The notes under the pieces were generated by a model that was not told the DNA's origin, made no database searches, and saw nothing but the letters and a program-made list of their open reading frames with translations. DNA of 64,000 bases from an uncultured Planctomycetales bacterium (GTDB lineage Bacteria > Omnitrophota > Gorgyraeia > Gygaellales > Profunditerraquicolaceae). Positions within the stretch are counted from its first letter, which is position 1. Every line of letters begins with the position of its first letter. Location: NCBI GenBank assembly GCA_964645795.1, contig CAZYCL010000006.1, positions 5,520 to 69,519 on the forward strand, written 5' to 3'. The position numbers were made by a program, and so were the translations under genes. This document shows, piece by piece, positions 58,106 through 64,000 of this stretch.

Positions 58106-60031
58106 ATGGAAAAGTTCAAAGTAACATTTTATCCCGATAAAAAGACGGTCGAGGTCGATAAAGACAAGACCATACTCGCCGCAGCTTTATCCTGCGGCAT
58201 CGAGATAAACTCTGCTTGCGGAGGCGACGGGGTATGTGGCAGGTGCAAGGTATTGGTGCGCAAGGGCGAGGTTGTCTCCTGGCCCAGCGCCGCCTTAAGC
58301 GCCGAAGAGCGCAGGAACAGGACTGTCCTTGCCTGCAATACTTTCGTGCGCAGCGACCTTGAGATAGAGATACCTGCGCAGTCGCGCCAGGAGCCTGATA
58401 CGATCTCTCCGGATGAGCTTGAAAAGAGGCTGCGGGGCGTGTTCTCGGATTCTACGGATATCGTAGAAGCGGCCCCTGAGGAAGAAACGTCTTTTCAGCA
58501 TGAGCCGCTTACCACCAAGGTCTTTCTCAGGCTTTCCCCGCCGGACTTGAATGACCGGGTAAGCGACCTGGAAAGGCTCTACTGCCACCTCAAAAAAACG
58601 CAGGACCTGCCGGTCCTGCAGGCGGCGCTCTCCAACGTAAGGCAGCTGGGAGAGCTATTAAGGGATTCTGACTGGAAGGTCACGGTAACGCTGGGCAAGA
58701 AGAACGATACGCTTGAGATCATGCTTATCGAGCCCGGCAACACCTCTTCAAAGAACTTCGGTCTTTGTTTTGACGTGGGGACTACCACCATCTCCTGCCA
58801 ACTGGTGGATCTGAATGGCAGGAGGGTCCTGGGCTCCAGGGCCAGCTATAACAAGCAGACCAGCTTCGGCAGCGATGTGATCACGCGCATAATATTCGCC
58901 AAGGAGAAAGACGGTCTCCTGAAGCTTCATTCGGCAGTGGCCCAGACCATGAACCAGCTTATTAAGGAGCTGGTCGCTGAGCATAAAGTCGACCTTAATG
59001 ACGTAACCGGTATCGTCTGCTCCGGCAATACCACGATGCTACACATCCTTTTAGGGGTCGATCCTACCTATATACGCAGGGAGCCTTATGTGCCGACGGC
59101 AAACTTTTTGCCGGCTGCGCGCGCGCAGGAGGCGGGGATCAACATAAACCCGCGAGGCATGCTTACCTGTGTGCCTGGGGTTTCCAGCTATATCGGAGGG
59201 GATACCACCGCCGGGGTCATATCCAGCGGGCTTTTCAAGTCAGAAGATATCTGCGTGTTTATCGACATAGGCACTAACGGAGAGATAGTGCTGGGGAATA
59301 AGGATTTTATGATCGCCGCCGCCGCATCCGCGGGGCCTGCGTTCGAGGGCAGCGGCCTGACCTGCGGCATGCGCGCCAGCCGCGGGGCCATACAAAAAGT
59401 ATGGGTCAACGCTCAGGATTTTGAAGTGGCCTGCAACACCGTAGGCAATGCCCGGCCAAGGGGCATCTGCGGTTCAGGCTACATCGATGCTATCGCCTGC
59501 ATGCTTAAGGCCGGCATCATCGATAAGGCCGGAAAGATCCGTCACCACTCCAACCGCCGCGTCCGCATGGGAGAAGAGGGCAGGGAGTTCGTGCTGGTCT
59601 TTAAGGAGGATGCGGATTCAACGGCCGATATAACGATATCAGAAGCGGATATCGATAACCTCAAGAGGTCGAAGGCCGCGATATACTCCGCTACTTCGAT
59701 ACTCGCCAGGCACATGGACCTGGATTTCTTCCAGATAAGCAGGTTCTATGTGGCAGGAGGGTTTGGGGCGTTTTTGGATATTGACAATGCCGTTGCCATC
59801 GGCCTTCTGCCGGACCTTGAAAGGAGCAAGTTCAGGTTCATCGGTAACAGCTCTCTTTCAGGGGCCAGGCAAATACTGCTTTCATACCGGGCATTGAAGC
59901 TCGCTGAGGAGATAGCTAAAAAGATAACCTATTTTGAATTGTCGGTGGACCCGCTTTATATGGATGAGTATGTGGCGGCGCTCTTTTTCCCGCATACCGA
60001 CCTGTCGAGGTTTACCAGCTTAGGATTGTAA
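58106..60031 (+). CDS. Corrinoid activation/regeneration protein (RACo/AcsV-like): 2Fe-2S ferredoxin domain plus ASKHA ATPase domain
   Basis: 641 aa. N-terminal plant-type ferredoxin motif (CGGDGVCGRCKV), long ASKHA-fold C-terminal region. Confidence 0.8.
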   Translation: MEKFKVTFYPDKKTVEVDKDKTILAAALSCGIEINSACGGDGVCGRCKVLVRKGEVVSWPSAALSAEERRNRTVLACNTFVRSDLEIEIPAQSRQEPDTISPDELEKRLRGVFSDSTDIVEAAPEEETSFQHEPLTTKVFLRLSPPDLNDRVSDLERLYCHLKKTQDLPVLQAALSNVRQLGELLRDSDWKVTVTLGKKNDTLEIMLIEPGNTSSKNFGLCFDVGTTTISCQLVDLNGRRVLGSRASYNKQTSFGSDVITRIIFAKEKDGLLKLHSAVAQTMNQLIKELVAEHKVDLNDVTGIVCSGNTTMLHILLGVDPTYIRREPYVPTANFLPAARAQEAGININPRGMLTCVPGVSSYIGGDTTAGVISSGLFKSEDICVFIDIGTNGEIVLGNKDFMIAAAASAGPAFEGSGLTCGMRASRGAIQKVWVNAQDFEVACNTVGNARPRGICGSGYIDAIACMLKAGIIDKAGKIRHHSNRRVRMGEEGREFVLVFKEDADSTADITISEADIDNLKRSKAAIYSATSILARHMDLDFFQISRFYVAGGFGAFLDIDNAVAIGLLPDLERSKFRFIGNSSLSGARQILLSYRALKLAEEIAKKITYFELSVDPLYMDEYVAALFFPHTDLSRFTSLGL

Positions 60032-60780
60032 TGGGATACATCATTGCCATGGCCGGCAAAGGCGGGACAGGAAAGACCACCGTCGCCGCCTGCCTTGCCA
60101 GGCTTATCGCTGAAAAGAAAAAAGGTTCTGTCCTGGCTGTAGATGCCGACCCCAACAGCAACCTGGGAGAGGCGCTGGGGCTCATCCCTCAGGAGAGCAT
60201 CGGCAGTATCCTGGATAAGGTCTCCGATGATGCGTCGGGTATCCCTTCCGGGATGACCAAGGACAGGTTTGTCGAGTTCGAGGTGCACTCCTCGATCGTT
60301 GAAGGCCGGGGCATTGACCTTCTGACCATGGGCAAGACCGAAGGGCCGGGCTGCTACTGTTATGTGAACAATATACTGCGTTCGGTGATGGCCAGGCTCA
60401 TCAGCGATTACGATTATATTATCATCGATAACGAGGCCGGCCTTGAACATCTTTCAAGGCGCACTACCCGCAAGGCAGACCTGCTTCTGGTTGTCTCTGA
60501 CCCTACGGCTGTCGGGCTTAAAGCAGCTGCCAGGGTAGCTGAATTGGCGGGCAGCCTTAAGCTGGAAATAGAGAAACGTTGTCTTCTGCTGAACCGTTAT
60601 GATGGCAAGGCCTCCGGCAGGAAAATTAAAGAGACAGGGCTGGCTTATCTGGGCGGCCTGCCCTACGAGAAGCAGTTGGAGAAGATAAGCCTGCGGGGCG
60701 ATACGATAATGGAGTTGAAAGGCGGCAGTAAGATATTTACTGCCCTTGAGAAACTGGGAGATAAGATATGGAAGAGGTGA
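60031..60780 (+). CDS. cooC: CooC/AcsF-type nickel-insertion ATPase (CO dehydrogenase / ACS maturation factor)
   Basis: 249 aa. Deviant Walker A AMAGKGGTGKTT and CxC metal motif (GCYCY). Confidence 0.85.
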   Translation: MGYIIAMAGKGGTGKTTVAACLARLIAEKKKGSVLAVDADPNSNLGEALGLIPQESIGSILDKVSDDASGIPSGMTKDRFVEFEVHSSIVEGRGIDLLTMGKTEGPGCYCYVNNILRSVMARLISDYDYIIIDNEAGLEHLSRRTTRKADLLLVVSDPTAVGLKAAARVAELAGSLKLEIEKRCLLLNRYDGKASGRKIKETGLAYLGGLPYEKQLEKISLRGDTIMELKGGSKIFTALEKLGDKIWKR

Positions 60781-61730
60781 TGCTCGAGAAGTGGTCTGGC
60801 AGGGTTGCGCAGATATCCATAGGGGCGCTCAGATCCGAGGGCGGCAGCCGCGGCCGCGTTGTAAAGGTTGGCGGGCAGTCAACGCTGCCCTGTCTTTTTA
60901 AGGAAGGCGCTTTGCCCAACCGCGTGCGTATAGCCTATGAGATATGGGACTGCCCTGCCCAGGACTGGCCTCAGGAGCTCTCGGATATTTACGGCAAGGA
61001 CTTGAATGATCCTTTATCGTGGGCGAAGAAGTGCGCCAGGGATGAAAACTGCGATTTATTATGCGTAAGGCTCCAGGGCGCGCATCCGGATTACGGCAAC
61101 AAGGGCGCTGATGAGGAAGCGGGTTTTATCAGGCGCCTCTTAAAAGAAGTGGAAGCTCCCCTGATCATCGTGGGAAGCGGCGATGCCGCCAAGGATAACC
61201 TGGTGCTTCCCGCCTGTTCCGAAGCCGCCAAAGGCGAGCGCTGTCTCATAGGCAGCGCCCTTCAGGACAATTATAAGACGCTTACCGCCGCGGTCCTGGC
61301 CGACGGCCATAACATCATCGCCGAGAGCCCCATTGACATTAATATCGCCAAGCAGCTTAATATCCTTATCTCGGATATGGGTTTGGCGCTGGAGCGCATA
61401 ATCATCGACCCGACGATCGGGGCGCTGGGATACGGACTAGAATACGCATATTCCATTATGGAGAGGGCGCGCCTGGCGGCTTTGTCCGGCGACAAGAGCC
61501 TGGCAAGTCCCTTTATATGCTTTGTGGGCAGCGAGACCTGGAGGGCCAAGGAGGCCTGCATTAACGACAGCGAGATGCCTGCGTGGGGGCCGCGCGTGCA
61601 GCGCGGCATCATCTGGGAGACGCTGACCGCCGTAGCTCTCATCCAGGCCGGCGCGGACATCCTGGTGATGAGGCATCCCAAGGCCGTTGAGAACGTCAAA
61701 AAATACATCGACCAGCTGTATGGGGCTTAA
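60768..61730 (+). CDS. acsD: Corrinoid iron-sulfur protein small subunit (AcsD/CdhD family)
   Basis: 320 aa TIM-barrel protein. Position and composition match the CFeSP small subunit between cooC and acsE. Confidence 0.75.
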   Translation: MEEVMLEKWSGRVAQISIGALRSEGGSRGRVVKVGGQSTLPCLFKEGALPNRVRIAYEIWDCPAQDWPQELSDIYGKDLNDPLSWAKKCARDENCDLLCVRLQGAHPDYGNKGADEEAGFIRRLLKEVEAPLIIVGSGDAAKDNLVLPACSEAAKGERCLIGSALQDNYKTLTAAVLADGHNIIAESPIDINIAKQLNILISDMGLALERIIIDPTIGALGYGLEYAYSIMERARLAALSGDKSLASPFICFVGSETWRAKEACINDSEMPAWGPRVQRGIIWETLTAVALIQAGADILVMRHPKAVENVKKYIDQLYGA

Positions 61731-61733
61731 GCG

Positions 61734-62522
61734 ATGTTTGTGATCGGTGAGCTGATAAACGGAATGTATCGCAAGATTGCCCGGGCAATCGCAGAGAGGG
61801 ATAAGGCCGTTATTCAGAAGTGCGCGCGCCAACAGGTCGAAGCAGGGGTGGATGCGCTGGATATCAACTACGGCCCGGGGTCCAAATCCCCGCTTGAAGA
61901 CATGTGCTGGCTTGTGGAGACGGTGCAGGAAGTTACCGATAAGCCCCTGTCGCTTGATTCAAGCAAGCCCGCAGTCATGGAGGCGGCGTTAAAGTCGGCA
62001 AGGAATAGAACGATCATCAACTCTACGACAGCTGATACCGATAAGCTCGAGGTGTTAGTGCCGCTGGCCAAGCGTTATAGATCCCAGCTTATCGGCATCG
62101 CCATCAGCTCAAAAGGCATACCTCAGACCAGGGACCAGCGGGTGGAGCTTGCGGCCCAGATTGTAGCGTTCTGCGCACAGCAGGATTTTCCCATGGAAGA
62201 CCTGTATCTTGACCCGATACTCCTTCCGATAAACGTCGCGCAGCCGCAGATGACTCAGATACTGCAGTCGATAAGCGACTTCAAGCTGATAGCTACGCCC
62301 AGCCCAAAGACCTTGATAGGCCTGAGCAACATTTCGCAGGGCGCCAAGTCCAGGAGGCTCATCAACCGGGTTTTCCTGGTTATGGCCATGGCAAGCGGAC
62401 TGGATGCGGCGATAATCGACCCGCTGGATAATGAGCTGGTGGATTCTTTGGCGGCCGCCCAGCTCATCCTGAACAGGAATATTTATTGCGACGCCTTTAC
62501 CGAGGCGTTCAGGAGAAGATAG
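61734..62522 (+). CDS. acsE: Methyltetrahydrofolate:corrinoid/iron-sulfur protein methyltransferase (pterin-binding, DHPS-like)
   Basis: 262 aa. MFVIGELINGM N-terminus, pterin-binding barrel motifs (INSTT, GLSNISQG). Confidence 0.8.
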   Translation: MFVIGELINGMYRKIARAIAERDKAVIQKCARQQVEAGVDALDINYGPGSKSPLEDMCWLVETVQEVTDKPLSLDSSKPAVMEAALKSARNRTIINSTTADTDKLEVLVPLAKRYRSQLIGIAISSKGIPQTRDQRVELAAQIVAFCAQQDFPMEDLYLDPILLPINVAQPQMTQILQSISDFKLIATPSPKTLIGLSNISQGAKSRRLINRVFLVMAMASGLDAAIIDPLDNELVDSLAAAQLILNRNIYCDAFTEAFRRR

Positions 62523-62523
62523 C

Positions 62524-62901
62524 ATGAAGCTGACCAGGAATATATTCGGTTCGGGTAGTTTCCTAAACGGCCTTAGGATCGCCTTAAGAGGCATACGTTA
62601 TTTGTTTTTATACCACCGCAATATGCGCATCATATTCATCACCGGCGTCCTTGTTTTTATCGCCGGATTATACATGCGGCTTAAAGGCATTGAGCTGGTA
62701 GCCCTGTGTATTACGGTCACCCTTGTCTTCATGGCGGAGATATTCAACACGGCTGTTGAGATGATGATGGATTCTACCAGCGAGAAGTATAATACTAAGA
62801 TACGCCTGATAAAGGATATTGCCGCAGGGATCGTGGTGCTGGCCTGCCTTAATTCGCTGGCCGTTGGATACCTGCTTTTTGTGCGCAAGTTCGTCAATTA
62901 G
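62524..62901 (+). CDS. dgkA: Diacylglycerol kinase (prokaryotic DgkA family)
   Basis: 125 aa, three TM helices. Conserved E..N..VE motif (MAEIFNTAVEMMMD). Confidence 0.85.
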   Translation: MKLTRNIFGSGSFLNGLRIALRGIRYLFLYHRNMRIIFITGVLVFIAGLYMRLKGIELVALCITVTLVFMAEIFNTAVEMMMDSTSEKYNTKIRLIKDIAAGIVVLACLNSLAVGYLLFVRKFVN

Positions 62902-62943
62902 AAGGATAAAAGACCGGTCTTTTGGGTGCGGAAAGGAGAGTCT

Positions 62944-63540
62944 ATGGGCAGATACTTTTTTCTGGCTGTGTTAGCTCTTGTCTGCTGGGGCTGCGCAAAG
63001 CCTGCGCAGCAGGATAAGCCCGTGATCGCCAAGATCAACGACTATGAGATCACCAGGGATGAATTTGAGCAGGAGTTCAAAGACTCTTACTTCGGGCAGA
63101 AAGACACGCTGGCCTCGCGCAAGGAGTTTCTCGATAACCTGGTGAACCGCAAGCTGATCCTGCAGGATGCCCAGGCCAAGGGCCTTGACCACGACCCGGC
63201 ATTCCTGAAGCTCATAGAGAAGTTCTGGGAGCAGTCGCTTTTAAGGGTGGGGCTGGAGCGCAAGGCCCGCGAGAACTCTTCCAAGATATTCGTAAGCGAC
63301 AAGTCCGTCGAAGATGTATACCAGAAGATGCTCAAGGAGAAAAAGACCAATAAGCCCTATTCCGAGATGTACAACCAGATAAAATGGGAGATCACCAAGC
63401 TCATGGAGGCCCAGGCAATGGCCAAGTGGGTCGATGAGCTGCGCCGCAACGCCGAGGTCAAGATTAAATACAATATGCTCGAACCCGCCGAAGCGGTCAG
63501 GGCTCAGGAGCAAGGTCAGGCTTCAAAGGATACCAGGTAA
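62944..63540 (+). CDS. Secreted SurA-N-domain-like chaperone/PPIase-associated protein
   Basis: About 198 aa from MGRYFF (AAAGGAG RBS). Signal peptide ending ...CWGC. The helical domain resembles the SurA N-terminal/PpiD-like chaperone region. Confidence 0.5.
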   Translation: MGRYFFLAVLALVCWGCAKPAQQDKPVIAKINDYEITRDEFEQEFKDSYFGQKDTLASRKEFLDNLVNRKLILQDAQAKGLDHDPAFLKLIEKFWEQSLLRVGLERKARENSSKIFVSDKSVEDVYQKMLKEKKTNKPYSEMYNQIKWEITKLMEAQAMAKWVDELRRNAEVKIKYNMLEPAEAVRAQEQGQASKDTR

Positions 63541-63552
63541 ACAGGGGGAGCC

Positions 63553-64000
63553 ATGGAAAAGAACAAGAGCGTCAAGCGCAAGAATTATTTCATAGAAAAG
63601 AAGTTTCAGGCCAGGTTCGTTCTGAAGTTCTGCGCCCTGGTGGCCATAGGCGGCCTTCTGACAATACTTACGATGTATTATTTGGCTTCGCAGTCGACTA
63701 CCGTGGCGATAATCAACTCCCGGGTTATGGTGCGAAGCACCGCAGATTTCATCCTGCCGATACTCATCCAGACCGTGTTGGTGGTGACGGTGCTGGTGGG
63801 GTTGGCGACCATAATCGTCACTCTTGTGGTTTCGCACAAGCTGGCCGGCCCGCTGCACCGTTTCAAGAATTCGATCAAGAATATGGAAGAAGGGGATTTT
63901 TCGTTTAATTTCCGCATAAGGCAGCTTGACCAGCTTCAGGATGTCGCCGATTCCTTCAACAGCATGATCGCTAAAACCCGCCAGGAGCTGGGCAGGATAA
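63553..64000 (+). CDS. HAMP-domain membrane signalling protein (3' end lies outside the window)
   Basis: GGGGGAG RBS then ATG 63553. Two TM helices flanking a periplasmic loop, then a HAMP domain (AGPLHRFKNSIKNMEEGDFSF...). Frame open to the window edge. Confidence 0.6.
   Translation, partial: MEKNKSVKRKNYFIEKKFQARFVLKFCALVAIGGLLTILTMYYLASQSTTVAIINSRVMVRSTADFILPILIQTVLVVTVLVGLATIIVTLVVSHKLAGPLHRFKNSIKNMEEGDFSFNFRIRQLDQLQDVADSFNSMIAKTRQELGRI

Overview
Bacterial chromosomal segment of about 54% GC (estimated by eye) with almost every gene on the + strand.

Gene content, in order:
- Chaperones and lipid synthesis: partial grpE, dnaK, dnaJ, accD.
- c-di-GMP signalling: two tandem GGDEF cyclases, later a PAS-GGDEF-HD-GYP protein.
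- Envelope and sugar genes: ROK glucokinase, transaldolase, lptD, and a UDP-glucose to UDP-GlcA to UDP-xylose trio (ugd, a second nucleotide-sugar dehydrogenase, uxs).
- Replication and transcription: cvpA, nif3-like, dnaG, rpoD.
- tRNA island: tRNA-Met and tRNA-Val surrounded by odd tRNA-derived repeats.
- COG1579 zinc-ribbon protein, rnhA, rnpB (RNase P RNA), yebC, ruvC, ruvA, scpB.
- Aromatic amino-acid cluster: pheA, hisC-type aminotransferase, DAHP synthase, tyrA.
- cmk, lepA, lepB, pgsA, plsY.
- A large probable outer-membrane protein transcribed from a perfect consensus promoter, then an AT-richer island at 42.8-48.4 kb. The island holds a small ORF flanked by 54-bp direct repeats, an ORF6N gene with an in-frame TAA, a degenerate tRNA-like element and the only large minus-strand gene (a protein of about 1076 aa, unknown function).
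- gatCAB, ctpA, a YibQ-like gene, tsaD, mgtC.
- A bactofilin-HTH fusion with a membrane-anchored HTH partner.
- A partial Wood-Ljungdahl methyl-branch cluster (larB-like, acsC, RACo, cooC/acsF, acsD, acsE) with no CODH/ACS catalytic subunits in the window.
- dgkA, a SurA-N-like protein and a 3'-partial HAMP protein.

The most unusual regions are the tRNA island (26.05-26.6 kb), the accessory island (42.8-48.4 kb) and the Ni/corrinoid cluster (55.2-62.5 kb). No database searches were possible; every call rests on motif recognition by eye.
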